In this document: positions 21,796 to 33,360 of the stretch, piece by piece
How positions within the stretch are numbered: the first letter of the stretch is position 1
How the letters are laid out: every line of letters begins with the position of its first letter
Assembly (NCBI GenBank): GCA_000146045.2
Contig: BK006949.2
Location: forward strand, 864,001 to 928,000
Reading direction: 5' to 3'
Length of the DNA: 64,000 bases
Source: TPA_inf: Saccharomyces
Lineage: Eukaryota
Position numbers and translations under genes: made by a program
The notes under the pieces: model-generated
Seen by the model: only the letters and a program-made list of their open reading frames with translations
Told to the model about the DNA's origin: nothing
Databases searched by the model: none

Positions 21796-22398
21796 ATGGC
21801 TTGGACTAGTACATTACCAGCGCATCTACTGAACCTGATCAAAAACTCCAAATATGTTCACGTGGCCACCTGTTCTAAAGACTGCATCCCTTCAGTGGCA
21901 TTGATGAACTATATCTATGTGCCAGGTGAAAAACTGTTCGGTCAAACAGATAATAAGAATGACTACATTATATTTGTTTCTCCTCAGGACACACAAAAGT
22001 TTTACAACATCAAGGAGAACCCTAAGGTCGCCCTGTTGTTTCACGATTGGATCATCGCGAATAATTTGTCAGTGGGCAAGGAAAGCATCTCTGGGACTCC
22101 GACGCCGACTTCTATTCCTCATGAAGAGCAACGTCAAAGCGAGCTTTTAAATTTGTTACAGGAGTTAAATCAAGCCGAATTGAACCAAATGAGCGCATCT
22201 ATTGGTGGCGAAACCGAAATTGTCAATCCTGAAAGTGAAGAATCCAAGTACTATAAAGATTTAATACTAAAGGCTAATCCTGATGCGAAAGCTTTTATAT
22301 TTGAAAAGAACACCGCCGTTGTTAAAGTTAGAATTGATAATGCTAGGGTATCCAATAATGAGAACAGAACAATGTTTCTAAGTAAAGGGAAGAGTTAA
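21796..22398 (+). CDS. YPR172W: Pyridoxamine-5'-phosphate-oxidase-like FMN-binding protein, 200 aa
   Basis: The 200 aa ORF has a split-barrel PNPOx-like N-terminal region. Its position matches YPR172W. Confidence 0.8.
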   Translation: MAWTSTLPAHLLNLIKNSKYVHVATCSKDCIPSVALMNYIYVPGEKLFGQTDNKNDYIIFVSPQDTQKFYNIKENPKVALLFHDWIIANNLSVGKESISGTPTPTSIPHEEQRQSELLNLLQELNQAELNQMSASIGGETEIVNPESEESKYYKDLILKANPDAKAFIFEKNTAVVKVRIDNARVSNNENRTMFLSKGKS

Positions 22399-22523
22399 CT
22401 GTCCTCTGCTTTTCTTTATCTATTTTGCATACGATTCTGTATTTAATTATTCTGTTTTTTTTTTTTTTTTATTTTTTATTTTCATGTACACAAGAAATCT
22501 ACATTAGCACGTTAATCAATTGA

Positions 22524-23837
22524 CTAGTTACCTTCTTGACCAAAATCTCTAGTGAACTGTTCTTGCTTCAGCAAGTCATCCTCATTCACGGTAGGTCTCG
22601 TCGATTTGATAGCCTTTAAGAAATCCTTTATGGTGAGATCTGGTTCTTTTAATTCATCAGCTTCAATATCCGTCCAACTCATCTCGATGGCGCCATCATC
22701 ACCTGGAGAGCATGGTGTTAGTTTTCTTGTTTCGTCGTCCTCCGTAGAGACATCTTTGAAATGTGTCGCGCTTTGAATTTTTCTTATCGGTTGCATTAGC
22801 GCATCTTTCACCACTACAGCAATATCACTCCCGGAATAACCTTCAGTCATTGCACCTAAAGTTCTATAATCTTCCTTGGTCAATACGCATGGAGTGTCGC
22901 CGACGTTAATCTCGAACATGGTGGTTCTTGCCGCCAAATCTGGTAATGGTATATATATTCTTCTTTCAAATCTTCTCCTGATGGCACTGTCCAGTTGCCA
23001 TGGGATATTTGTTGCGCCAAGGACCAAAACACCTTGGGAGTCATTCCCAACACCATTCATTTGTACCAATAATTCTGTTTTAATTCTTCTACTTGCTTCG
23101 CTCTCTCCTTCTCCTCTGGTACCTGTTAGCGCATCCACTTCATCTATAAAAATAATAGAAGGTTTATTTTCTCTTGCCATCGCAAATAACTGTTTGACAA
23201 GTTTTTCAGATTCACCCATCCACTTAGAAACCAAATCACTGGAACTAACACTGAAAAAGGTAGAATTGGCCTCGGTGGCCACTGCTTTTGCCAAATATGA
23301 TTTACCTGTACCTGGTGGTCCGTACAATAAGATTCCCGAAGTGGGCTTACGGTTACCTTTGAACAAATGTGGGAACTTGACAGGTAAAATAACGGCTTCT
23401 TTAAGGGCCTCTTTGGCTCCTTCCAGTCCAGCCACGTCTTCCCACTTAACATTGGGCTTCTCAGACAAAATAGCACTCGATAAGGCACCTCTTAGCTTTT
23501 TGTTGTCTTCTCCACCATTATCCTCACCCTCTTCCTGAGAGATTTTCTTATTACCACCGTTGGAACCACTACCAGCGCTAGGAGATTTCTTTGCCGCGTT
23601 TGCCTCTTCACTTTCCAAGTGCTTTTTCAACTGCTCTGCACGGTTTAGATACTCTGTAAACTTCGCTCTTATCAAATCCTTCGACTTAGGGTTTTTCTCG
23701 TATTTCAAAGCCAACATCAAATAATCTAATCCGTTATAGTATGCTGTATACGCCTCCTCATACTGCGTGGCTGTGTCCAGGTCAATGGCCTTTTGAACCA
23801 GTTCTATTCCCTTAGTTAAAAAATCTCCCGTGCTCAT
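22524..23837 (-). CDS. VPS4: AAA-ATPase Vps4 (ESCRT-III disassembly), 437 aa
   Basis: An MIT domain at the N-terminus ([21 protein letters not shown]) is followed by Walker A GPPGTGKS, Walker B IIFIDEVD and the AAA second region of homology. The ORF track begins 20 codons upstream at a TTG. The first ATG (cat at 23835-23837) gives 437 aa. Confidence 0.9.
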
Positions 23838-24042
23838 TTGTACCCCATCTACTATAGGCACTCTATGCTGCTTTATTTTTGTCTTCCATGTCCTCAACCC
23901 ACGATTAAATCGTTCGATATCATGAAGTTCTTATTTTTTTTTTTTTTTCACCCAGCGGGGGTACCCGTAAAGCAATACAATAAATATCATCAAGCAAGAA
24001 TAAATAGATGTACAGAAAGAACAACCATGACGTGTTGTGTTT

Positions 24043-24708
24043 CTATTCAGCGTGCGGAACCGAATCCTCAGTCGGAGATTCTCTGAGAATGTTCGTTTGA
24101 GGAAGCTTAGGATACTTGGCGTAGAAGTTGGGGCCCTTTGGGGGCTGTAGGGAAGAAACTGGTCGTTGGCGCGACTGGAGTGGCGACATGTGAATCGGAC
24201 TTGAAGTCACTAACGGGTTTACTGCTCTTACTGGCGAAGGTGGTAAATTTTCTGTCGGTTTGAGGTTGTCTCGCTCAATATTTTTCATGTCTCGACGAGA
24301 CTCCAGGTATCTTTGATCGATGTTTGCGTCGTCCAACACCGACTGCAACAGATGACACTTTTCCTTGACAAATTGTAGTTCCTTTTGTGTAGAGTGCAGC
24401 TGCTGCCGCAATTGCGCAAACTTTGCTTGCCATTGTAGAGGCACACAATCCTGAGAATTTTTAGACAATGGGACAACGCTTTCTTCTTCCTCATCTGCGG
24501 GAGACCCCCATACAAACGCTTGGATCTTGGCAAGAGTCTTAGCAATATTGAATCCAAACGCGTGTTGTTGAGCCCTCTTTTTGGAGATATTCTTGTAGTT
24601 TTTAGAACGTGTCCTTTGTGAAGCGTGTCTAACATGATTTCTTTCGCGAGGCACAACCACCAATTTGCGCTCTTTTCGTATCCCCAATGTCTTTTCCTGA
24701 ATTCCCAT
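24043..24708 (-). CDS. YPR174C: Protein of 221 aa, basic and coiled-coil, recalled as a nuclear-envelope/SPB protein paralogous to Nbp1
   Basis: The first ATG is confirmed at 24706-24708. The ORF track starts at a TTG six codons upstream. Size and position match YPR174C. Confidence 0.7.
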   Translation of the reverse strand: MGIQEKTLGIRKERKLVVVPRERNHVRHASQRTRSKNYKNISKKRAQQHAFGFNIAKTLAKIQAFVWGSPADEEEESVVPLSKNSQDCVPLQWQAKFAQLRQQLHSTQKELQFVKEKCHLLQSVLDDANIDQRYLESRRDMKNIERDNLKPTENLPPSPVRAVNPLVTSSPIHMSPLQSRQRPVSSLQPPKGPNFYAKYPKLPQTNILRESPTEDSVPHAE

Positions 24709-24973
24709 TGTGATCTTCAATGCCAACCCAACCTTCTTTTTACTTTGTTGGGTCTAAATTATGTTACTTTGTCCATTTCATCTCTTTTCAAGATGGAATC
24801 TAAAAGAAGAAAAACGACAAAAGGAACAAAAGTGATGTGACGCGTTATTTTTCGCGTGACATAATAGAAAAATATTTCAACTGGGCATCTTTAACACATG
24901 TTACAATAAAGTTGAGATGACTTGTTTATGCCTTTAAAGTTTGTAAGTGGAACTAGAAGCGTCTATGTGTGAA

Positions 24974-27043
24974 ATGTTTGGCTCTGGGAATGTTCTGCCT
25001 GTTAAAATTCAGCCTCCGCTGCTTAGGCCACTGGCGTATAGAGTTTTATCAAGAAAATATGGTTTATCAATTAAATCTGATGGACTGTCTGCTCTTGCAG
25101 AATTCGTTGGCACTAATATAGGTGCTAACTGGAGACAAGGGCCTGCTACAATAAAATTTCTCGAGCAATTTGCTGCAGTATGGAAACAACAAGAAAGAGG
25201 CCTTTTCATCGACCAGAGCGGGGTTAAAGAAGTTATACAGGAGATGAAAGAACGTGAGAAAGTCGAATGGAGTCATGAACACCCTATTCAACATGAGGAG
25301 AATATCTTGGGACGGACAGATGACGATGAGAACAACAGTGACGATGAAATGCCGATCGCTGCTGATTCATCCTTACAAAATGTTTCATTATCTTCACCCA
25401 TGCGACAGCCCACCGAAAGAGATGAATATAAACAGCCTTTCAAGCCAGAAAGCTCCAAGGCGTTGGACTGGAGGGACTACTTCAAAGTTATCAATGCTTC
25501 TCAGCAACAAAGATTCTCATACAATCCGCACAAAATGCAATTTATTTTCGTCCCCAATAAAAAGCAGAATGGGCTAGGAGGCATTGCGGGTTTTCTACCA
25601 GATATAGAGGACAAAGTTCAAATGTTCTTGACAAGATATTACCTCACGAACGACAGAGTCATGAGAAATGAAAACTTCCAAAACAGTGACATGTTTAATC
25701 CATTATCATCTATGGTGTCTTTACAAAATGAACTGTCCAATACTAACCGACAGCAGCAATCCAGCAGTATGAGTATCACCCCAATAAAAAACCTACTAGG
25801 TAGGGATGCTCAAAACTTTCTACTATTGGGGCTCTTAAATAAGAACTTTAAGGGCAATTGGTCACTGGAAGATCCGTCTGGATCTGTCGAAATTGACATT
25901 TCCCAAACTATCCCTACACAAGGCCATTACTACGTGCCAGGTTGCATGGTTCTTGTGGAAGGAATATACTATTCTGTAGGAAATAAATTCCATGTTACCT
26001 CCATGACTTTACCCCCTGGTGAGAGAAGAGAAATTACATTAGAAACGATAGGTAATCTCGATCTCTTAGGAATACATGGCATTTCTAATAACAATTTCAT
26101 TGCTCGTTTGGATAAAGATTTGAAGATTAGATTACACCTTTTGGAGAAAGAATTAACAGATCATAAATTTGTAATTCTCGGCGCAAATTTGTTCCTAGAT
26201 GATTTGAAAATTATGACTGCACTCAGCAAAATTTTGCAAAAATTAAATGATGACCCACCGACCCTATTAATTTGGCAAGGTTCTTTCACTTCAGTTCCCG
26301 TTTTCGCATCAATGAGTAGCCGGAATATAAGTAGTTCCACTCAATTTAAGAATAATTTCGATGCCTTGGCGACGCTTCTGTCAAGATTTGACAATTTGAC
26401 CGAAAATACCACAATGATATTTATTCCAGGTCCTAACGATTTATGGGGGTCGATGGTGTCATTGGGGGCAAGTGGGACATTACCGCAAGATCCAATTCCT
26501 AGTGCGTTTACCAAAAAAATCAACAAGGTCTGTAAAAACGTTGTATGGAGCTCAAATCCAACTAGAATAGCATACTTATCCCAAGAAATAGTCATTTTCA
26601 GGGACGATTTATCCGGAAGATTCAAAAGACACCGTTTGGAATTCCCATTCAACGAGAGCGAAGATGTTTATACTGAAAACGATAACATGATGTCTAAAGA
26701 CACCGATATTGTACCAATCGATGAATTAGTTAAAGAACCAGACCAGTTACCACAAAAGGTTCAAGAAACAAGAAAACTCGTTAAAACAATACTAGACCAG
26801 GGTCATTTATCGCCATTTCTTGATTCCTTGCGCCCAATTTCATGGGATTTGGACCACACTTTGACACTTTGCCCAATACCATCGACAATGGTTCTTTGCG
26901 ACACTACTTCTGCACAATTTGATTTGACATACAACGGTTGTAAAGTAATTAACCCTGGAAGTTTCATTCATAATAGACGTGCTAGGTATATGGAGTACGT
27001 TCCATCCTCAAAGAAAACTATACAAGAAGAGATATATATCTAA
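24974..27043 (+). CDS. DPB2: DNA polymerase epsilon subunit B, 689 aa
   Basis: The product has a Pol-epsilon B-subunit calcineurin-like phosphoesterase fold. From the ATG at 24974 (MFGSGNVLPVK...) it is 689 aa. An in-frame ATG three codons upstream at 24965 is also possible. Confidence 0.85.
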   Translation: MFGSGNVLPVKIQPPLLRPLAYRVLSRKYGLSIKSDGLSALAEFVGTNIGANWRQGPATIKFLEQFAAVWKQQERGLFIDQSGVKEVIQEMKEREKVEWSHEHPIQHEENILGRTDDDENNSDDEMPIAADSSLQNVSLSSPMRQPTERDEYKQPFKPESSKALDWRDYFKVINASQQQRFSYNPHKMQFIFVPNKKQNGLGGIAGFLPDIEDKVQMFLTRYYLTNDRVMRNENFQNSDMFNPLSSMVSLQNELSNTNRQQQSSSMSITPIKNLLGRDAQNFLLLGLLNKNFKGNWSLEDPSGSVEIDISQTIPTQGHYYVPGCMVLVEGIYYSVGNKFHVTSMTLPPGERREITLETIGNLDLLGIHGISNNNFIARLDKDLKIRLHLLEKELTDHKFVILGANLFLDDLKIMTALSKILQKLNDDPPTLLIWQGSFTSVPVFASMSSRNISSSTQFKNNFDALATLLSRFDNLTENTTMIFIPGPNDLWGSMVSLGASGTLPQDPIPSAFTKKINKVCKNVVWSSNPTRIAYLSQEIVIFRDDLSGRFKRHRLEFPFNESEDVYTENDNMMSKDTDIVPIDELVKEPDQLPQKVQETRKLVKTILDQGHLSPFLDSLRPISWDLDHTLTLCPIPSTMVLCDTTSAQFDLTYNGCKVINPGSFIHNRRARYMEYVPSSKKTIQEEIYI

Positions 27044-27100
27044 ATAATGCATCAAAATAAGAACACTTAAACAAGCACGGTAGTGTTGGTACTCTGCCAT

Positions 27101-28078
27101 CTATTTGTATGGATACTTTTTGAATTTTGATGTAACGGATTTCGGCATACAATATATGGGATCTATGGGGACTAAATTGTCGTATCCCATTAAACTTAAA
27201 CCAGCAACACCAAAAACTGTATGGAAGACATCCACTTCATTTTCAGGCCTGTCGCTTATTCCACCCTTCTTCTCATCTTGACATTTGAGTATAAACTCAG
27301 TTAGCTTCTCATAATTTATCCAATCTAGTCTACCAATAATAGCTAATGAAGATAAAACCCACCAACTATAGCAAACATCGGGCAGTTTACTTGGCCTACC
27401 GTTTAGTCCACCTTCTGGTAATTGTCGTTCGCAAAGCCACCACCCAATTTCTTCTAGTTGGTCGTCACTAAGCATATCCAATTTGTTAGCAATTGCCAAA
27501 GCGCCAAGACAGGTAAAAGCTTGAGCTGCATGGGATTCAGCATTAGGACATAATCCAAAGCCACCATCAAAATTATAACACTTGAGTACAAAGTCTACAG
27601 CAGGGTCAACAACTTCAGACGTTAATTCACCCAAAATTGATAGTGCACTCAAGGCTGTATAAACAAACCTTGTATCTACCTCCCCAAACCTGTCACCCTG
27701 GAACGAACCATCTTCCAATTGATTCCCACGGATGAAGGAAATCAAGCGAACCTTACGATCTTTTCCAAGAACATCCAAAGCATCATAAGTGGCCAAGATC
27801 TGTACGGCGGACAATGTAGTTAATAAATGTGCATCATGTCTTGGAAATGGTGCGAAAGCGCCGTATTTGTCGTCCCAACAGCTCAGAACAAATGATATAA
27901 CCTCTTCTTTCACAAATGTCTCTGGAGAATCAAGCACACACAAGGCAGTAAGTCCCCAATATATCCCATTCAAACGAAGATGCTCGGTAAGCCAGTATTC
28001 AAAATTATGCTTCTTTGTATCCAATGATTCAATATAACGTATATGCTTTTCCTTAAGTAGCGTAAGAGATCCTGACAT
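27101..28078 (-). CDS. BET2: Rab geranylgeranyltransferase beta subunit, 325 aa
   Basis: Prenyltransferase alpha-alpha toroid repeats are present (GGFGG, repeated Trp/Gly-rich segments). The first ATG is confirmed at 28076-28078. Confidence 0.9.
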   Translation of the reverse strand: MSGSLTLLKEKHIRYIESLDTKKHNFEYWLTEHLRLNGIYWGLTALCVLDSPETFVKEEVISFVLSCWDDKYGAFAPFPRHDAHLLTTLSAVQILATYDALDVLGKDRKVRLISFIRGNQLEDGSFQGDRFGEVDTRFVYTALSALSILGELTSEVVDPAVDFVLKCYNFDGGFGLCPNAESHAAQAFTCLGALAIANKLDMLSDDQLEEIGWWLCERQLPEGGLNGRPSKLPDVCYSWWVLSSLAIIGRLDWINYEKLTEFILKCQDEKKGGISDRPENEVDVFHTVFGVAGLSLMGYDNLVPIDPIYCMPKSVTSKFKKYPYK

Positions 28079-28331
28079 GTTCACAATTTTCTAGTGGAGA
28101 AAACAGAATCATTAGTAACAGTAGTGGTATCTGAAATATATATATACACAGTTTCTTAAATTGTTGTCTTTACTACTGGTATTACTATCGCTATTACAAG
28201 CGAAGTCATTAAGTACGGAAATGTTTAAACGTAGAGAGCTAGTAAAGGAAAGGCTGTTACATGATCACTAATCGTAACTTTGCAACGAGCCTGAGGGAAA
28301 TGACTAGTACTATTACCTTGTTGAACGGAAT

Positions 28332-29729
28332 ATGAGTAAATATATTGCACTTGAAAATCTTCCGGTAGATTTGCAACATAAAGGAGCTACACAAAATGAA
28401 AGCACCGCTGATATACTGAAACAGTTGCCACATGAACGATTACAAGCTGTCCTGGAGAAGATACCAGAAGAAGATCTTGAGGTGAGACGATTGCTTTCAA
28501 TTTTAAAGAAGCCGGAAGTAGTGGAGAATGAAGATGTACAACAAAGAAGAATACGGTTGGCTGAAATTTTAATGGTTGATGAAATTGATCTTGAGAACAT
28601 TAATAACATGGAAAACATAAATGGGGAAGAAGTAGACGAAGAGGACGATGAGGACTTCTTCACTCCAGCAACATCTGAGCTCATTTTTGCGAGAAGATTT
28701 TTGATAAATTATTCACTTGAAAGATCTCGAAAGAGGCTACAGAAAGAGATGGAAAGACATCAAAAGTTCAATACAAGACAGGAATTACTCAGTCGGCGTA
28801 CAGAATTACAGCGTATGGCTAATTTAGAGCTTGCTGGCTCTCAATTAGTATCTACGAAGCCTATTTCCGCAGTTTCTTTATCTACCGATGACATGGTTGT
28901 CGCAACGGGAAGCTGGGCAGGTGATCTTCAGGTATTAAATTCTCAAACACTGCAGCCATTGACACAAAAACTCGACTCTCATGTAGGGAAAATCGGAGCT
29001 ATAGATTGGCATCCTGATTCAAACAATCAAATGATTTCATGCGCAGAAGACGGGCTCATCAAAAACTTTCAATACTCAAACGAAGAGGGCGGCCTTCGAT
29101 TATTGGGAGATCTTGTGGGACATGAAAGACGTATTTCTGATGTGAAATACCACCCTAGTGGCAAATTTATAGGTAGTGCCTCTCATGATATGACTTGGAG
29201 ACTTTGGGATGCGTCAACACATCAAGAACTGCTGCTACAAGAAGGCCATGATAAGGGAGTGTTTAGTCTGTCTTTTCAATGCGATGGATCTCTTGTTTGT
29301 AGCGGTGGCATGGACTCGCTTTCAATGCTATGGGATATAAGATCCGGAAGTAAGGTGATGACACTCGCAGGACACTCAAAGCCTATTTACACCGTAGCTT
29401 GGTCACCAAACGGGTATCAAGTAGCCACTGGTGGTGGTGATGGAATCATTAATGTTTGGGACATCAGAAAACGGGATGAAGGCCAACTAAATCAAATATT
29501 GGCGCATCGTAACATCGTTACGCAGGTAAGGTTTTCAAAGGAAGACGGCGGAAAGAAACTTGTCTCTTGTGGCTATGATAATTTGATCAATGTGTATAGT
29601 AGTGATACGTGGTTAAAAATGGGAAGTTTAGCAGGCCACACTGATAAAATTATTAGCTTGGATATTTCGAATAATTCTCATTTTTTAGTGAGCGGCGGAT
29701 GGGATAGGTCTATCAAGCTCTGGAATTGA
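28332..29729 (+). CDS. PRP4: U4/U6 snRNP WD-repeat splicing factor Prp4, 465 aa
   Basis: A C-terminal WD40 beta-propeller carries repeated WD/WDI motifs. The 465 aa length matches Prp4. Confidence 0.9.
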   Translation: MSKYIALENLPVDLQHKGATQNESTADILKQLPHERLQAVLEKIPEEDLEVRRLLSILKKPEVVENEDVQQRRIRLAEILMVDEIDLENINNMENINGEEVDEEDDEDFFTPATSELIFARRFLINYSLERSRKRLQKEMERHQKFNTRQELLSRRTELQRMANLELAGSQLVSTKPISAVSLSTDDMVVATGSWAGDLQVLNSQTLQPLTQKLDSHVGKIGAIDWHPDSNNQMISCAEDGLIKNFQYSNEEGGLRLLGDLVGHERRISDVKYHPSGKFIGSASHDMTWRLWDASTHQELLLQEGHDKGVFSLSFQCDGSLVCSGGMDSLSMLWDIRSGSKVMTLAGHSKPIYTVAWSPNGYQVATGGGDGIINVWDIRKRDEGQLNQILAHRNIVTQVRFSKEDGGKKLVSCGYDNLINVYSSDTWLKMGSLAGHTDKIISLDISNNSHFLVSGGWDRSIKLWN

Positions 29730-29796
29730 TTGTGTAAAGAAATGTATTTAGTATTTTTGAAACTAACGTTTTATTAACACTGCATTATTTATTTAA

Positions 29797-31764
29797 TTAT
29801 ACATTTCCTGGTTTTTTTGCCCTGGATTTTTTTTTTGTGTTACCATTTTGAGTACGAACTCGTGGAATTGTTAAGTTTTCCAAGTTGTCCATCGTCTTCG
29901 ATAACTGTCCCACTAACTCCTCGTTTAGATCATTCTCAAGCTTTAATTCCTTTTTCAAAAAGCCAATTTTCTCATTCAATTCTTTTGTAGAGATTTCAGA
30001 CTTTTCGAATTTCAATTTCAACTCACTTTCTAATCCATTTTGTTTCTCATTAAGTTTGTGTGTCTCCTCCTCATTTTCCCTTATAGCATCAACGGCTCTT
30101 TTGATTTCTTGTTCCATATATTTCTTCTCAGTATCCCTTGATACACTTACCCTTTCTTCTTTCTCGATCTCGTCTTGTACATTGTCTGTTTTAACGAAAG
30201 CGTCTTTTAACTTTGATAATGTTTCACCTTGGGCCATCAAACTTCCCTTTAAAGTTTCAATGTCTTTTTCCAGTGTTTCGATTTGGGAAAACTTCAAATT
30301 GTTTTCAACTTCTAGTTCATGCGACCTATTTAAGTTTTCATTATTGGTTCGCAATACGGTTTCATATTCTTTTATAATTTTCTCATCTTCATTTGAGAAA
30401 AATTTCAGATGATCATTTTGCAAATCATCAAGGCAAGAATAATCATCCAGCTCCTGTTTCTGAACGCAAATATCCATATACACTTCTCCCATTGATTGAA
30501 TCAGTTTGTGTGTTATGATTCCACTTGATAAGTGGTAATTTACATTCGAGGAGTTGTCAGCTGTAGTAATACCTGTTAGTTGTGTCATGTCTTGTTTTAA
30601 AGGATTTGTATAATAATCGTTCTTTAATCTTTTGGTAGAGTAAAAACTTGGAGTAATATTATCCTCAATTCCGGCAACAGTTGAAGATGCTGCCTTATTA
30701 GCACCATGGCGTCCTCTTTTTTTGGAACAGTTGGAAAAAGCATCCTCTAGTTGATCATCTGACTTTTTGAAATGTACTTCCGTTAACAAAGACCTTTCTA
30801 CATCCATGGAAGTATATTGTTTTAAAGGGTAAATATCTGGTAATGGCCACGGTACTGTTGGGTTTTCCAACCATTCTACTAAATAATGCAGCTTTTGTGA
30901 ATAAATGGGCCTCAAATCAGGTGGAAGTGTGCCCAGTCGATCTCTTAAAATTACCATAGCTGCGGTAACGTTCTCCAAGTATTCTCTACTGTTCTTGTCA
31001 AATTTTTTACCAAAGAATAACCTACAATGATCAATTGAATTAATGGCCACTAGCCTAACAATTGGAGCATATCTTTCTAAACCCTTCCTCTCCCTCTTAT
31101 ATTGCAACAAATATTGAATATCTTTTTGACTTGTATCCACTGTAGTATCTAAGCAGATCAGCATGTCGAATCGAGCCTTGGATTTTATCGGATATTTTGT
31201 GAAATTAATTCCTTCAGAAGAAAACAAATGAACTGTACACGAGAAGTCATTTGCCTTTTGTTTTGACTTGATAGAATGACCGTCATATCTTTTGATATGC
31301 ACCTTATTTCCCAATAGTAAGGCTTCCAGTAAGTCCATTGTTCTCCCAGGTCTACAAACAATGGCCGTTTCAGTTTCATATTCTTGAACAAGATTTATGA
31401 GATCTCTCAAAACGCTGAACTTTCCACTATTTTCCGCTAAATGTGCAGGAACATCACGAGTTATTAACGATTTAGGCATATAATGATCTATTAGTAGGTA
31501 TGGATGGGTTGCTACCAGTGAACCATTTAAACACATGGTCTTCATAGATTCGAGAATGACGTCCTCTTTGTAGTGTGACGTTTCGAAGTATCTCAAGATA
31601 TCTGAGTAGTGTAATGATACTATTTGATCCGTGAGTTCTTTTTGATAAAGCGACATTGTAGTTGGCAGCCAATAATCACCGGAAGTATTTCCTGAGATTC
31701 CCAGAGTAGTAGCATCAACAATTGTAGGTATTGGTTTCGTGTCTAAAATGCGTAGTAAATCCAT
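29797..31764 (-). CDS. HDA3: HDA1 histone deacetylase complex subunit Hda3, 655 aa
   Basis: A helicase-like N-terminal region is followed by a long C-terminal coiled coil. The first ATG (MDLLRILDTKPIP) is confirmed at 31762-31764. Confidence 0.85.
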   Translation of the reverse strand: MDLLRILDTKPIPTIVDATTLGISGNTSGDYWLPTTMSLYQKELTDQIVSLHYSDILRYFETSHYKEDVILESMKTMCLNGSLVATHPYLLIDHYMPKSLITRDVPAHLAENSGKFSVLRDLINLVQEYETETAIVCRPGRTMDLLEALLLGNKVHIKRYDGHSIKSKQKANDFSCTVHLFSSEGINFTKYPIKSKARFDMLICLDTTVDTSQKDIQYLLQYKRERKGLERYAPIVRLVAINSIDHCRLFFGKKFDKNSREYLENVTAAMVILRDRLGTLPPDLRPIYSQKLHYLVEWLENPTVPWPLPDIYPLKQYTSMDVERSLLTEVHFKKSDDQLEDAFSNCSKKRGRHGANKAASSTVAGIEDNITPSFYSTKRLKNDYYTNPLKQDMTQLTGITTADNSSNVNYHLSSGIITHKLIQSMGEVYMDICVQKQELDDYSCLDDLQNDHLKFFSNEDEKIIKEYETVLRTNNENLNRSHELEVENNLKFSQIETLEKDIETLKGSLMAQGETLSKLKDAFVKTDNVQDEIEKEERVSVSRDTEKKYMEQEIKRAVDAIRENEEETHKLNEKQNGLESELKLKFEKSEISTKELNEKIGFLKKELKLENDLNEELVGQLSKTMDNLENLTIPRVRTQNGNTKKKSRAKKPGNV

Positions 31765-31960
31765 ACTAAAGGGCAATTAGTTTGTGCTTCTAACTTTCCT
31801 TTTTATCATTTTTATAGTCTAAAGTATTTCTTCTCTCTATTGTCTTTAATTGAAACTTTGGAAAACCGCGGTGTTATGGATACTAGAACACTAATGTTAT
31901 TTTTTGCAGTTATCAATTAAAGTAAAAGAAGAACAAACTGAGTGGATTAAATCAGTAACT

Positions 31961-33004
31961 ATGGATATGAAAGTAGAAAAATTAAGTGAAGATGAAATTG
32001 CACTGTATGATAGACAGATTCGTCTATGGGGAATGACAGCACAGGCCAATATGAGATCAGCAAAAGTATTGCTGATCAATCTTGGAGCAATTGGTTCTGA
32101 AATTACCAAAAGTATCGTCCTTAGTGGTATAGGGCATTTAACCATATTGGATGGACACATGGTGACTGAAGAAGATTTAGGATCCCAGTTCTTCATAGGC
32201 TCTGAAGATGTTGGCCAATGGAAGATTGATGCAACAAAAGAGAGAATTCAAGACTTGAACCCCCGTATAGAGTTGAACTTTGATAAGCAGGATTTGCAAG
32301 AAAAGGACGAAGAGTTCTTTCAGCAGTTTGATTTAGTCGTGGCTACAGAAATGCAGATTGATGAAGCAATCAAAATTAACACATTAACTCGAAAACTAAA
32401 CATTCCATTATATGTTGCTGGTTCTAATGGATTGTTCGCTTATGTTTTTATTGATTTGATTGAATTCATTTCAGAGGATGAAAAATTGCAAAGTGTAAGA
32501 CCTACCACCGTTGGTCCCATTTCAAGCAATAGGAGCATTATAGAAGTTACTACTAGAAAAGATGAAGAAGATGAAAAAAAAACATATGAACGAATCAAGA
32601 CCAAGAACTGCTATAGGCCACTGAACGAAGTTTTAAGCACAGCAACATTAAAGGAAAAAATGACGCAAAGACAGTTAAAAAGAGTCACTAGTATCTTGCC
32701 GTTAACCCTGTCCTTATTGCAATATGGTCTCAACCAAAAGGGCAAGGCCATAAGCTTTGAACAAATGAAAAGAGATGCGGCCGTATGGTGTGAAAATCTG
32801 GGTGTACCAGCAACAGTGGTAAAGGACGATTACATACAACAGTTTATCAAACAGAAAGGTATCGAGTTTGCTCCTGTCGCGGCCATTATAGGGGGTGCTG
32901 TAGCGCAGGATGTCATTAACATTCTAGGTAAAAGGCTATCTCCATTAAATAATTTCATTGTTTTTGATGGTATTACATTAGACATGCCACTTTTTGAGTT
33001 TTAG
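31961..33004 (+). CDS. AOS1: SUMO-activating enzyme E1 subunit Aos1, 347 aa
   Basis: The ThiF/E1 adenylation fold is present (LYDRQIRLWG, GAIGSE). The first ATG is at 31961. The ORF track starts upstream at a TTG. Confidence 0.85.
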   Translation: MDMKVEKLSEDEIALYDRQIRLWGMTAQANMRSAKVLLINLGAIGSEITKSIVLSGIGHLTILDGHMVTEEDLGSQFFIGSEDVGQWKIDATKERIQDLNPRIELNFDKQDLQEKDEEFFQQFDLVVATEMQIDEAIKINTLTRKLNIPLYVAGSNGLFAYVFIDLIEFISEDEKLQSVRPTTVGPISSNRSIIEVTTRKDEEDEKKTYERIKTKNCYRPLNEVLSTATLKEKMTQRQLKRVTSILPLTLSLLQYGLNQKGKAISFEQMKRDAAVWCENLGVPATVVKDDYIQQFIKQKGIEFAPVAAIIGGAVAQDVINILGKRLSPLNNFIVFDGITLDMPLFEF

Positions 33005-33094
33005 ATATATACATACCTACTATACTGTAGTTTCAGCCAAAAAAAATAATAAAAAAAGCATAATTGGAGGCAGTAAAGCATTATAGTCATACAC

Positions 33095-33134
<40 letters not shown>

Positions 33135-33148
33135 GTAGTAGTAGTAAT
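33095..33148. repeat. Microsatellite (AAT)13(AGT)4
   Basis: A perfect trinucleotide run lies in the convergent AOS1/SEC23 3' intergenic region. Confidence 0.9.
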
Positions 33149-33360
33149 GGTAATAAAAAAGTTAGAAAAGAAATTAGATACAGATATTCGTAGTAAAGGC
33201 CACGCAGTACAAAAAAGACGGAGAATATATTATATAAAATCCTCTACTCTTTTCGTTCAGGTCCAAAGGAAAATTCTTGCACGCGCAATGGACTGAACAG
33301 GCCTTATATTATACAAAAAGCCTAATAACGATCAAATAAAACAAAAGAAAGCCGTTGCTC

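Noticed and set aside
22876-23538. 220-aa plus-strand ORF and 114-aa minus-strand ORF inside VPS4
   Set aside because: These are antisense or alternative-frame shadows of a well-supported AAA-ATPase CDS, with Ser/Leu-rich low-complexity translations.
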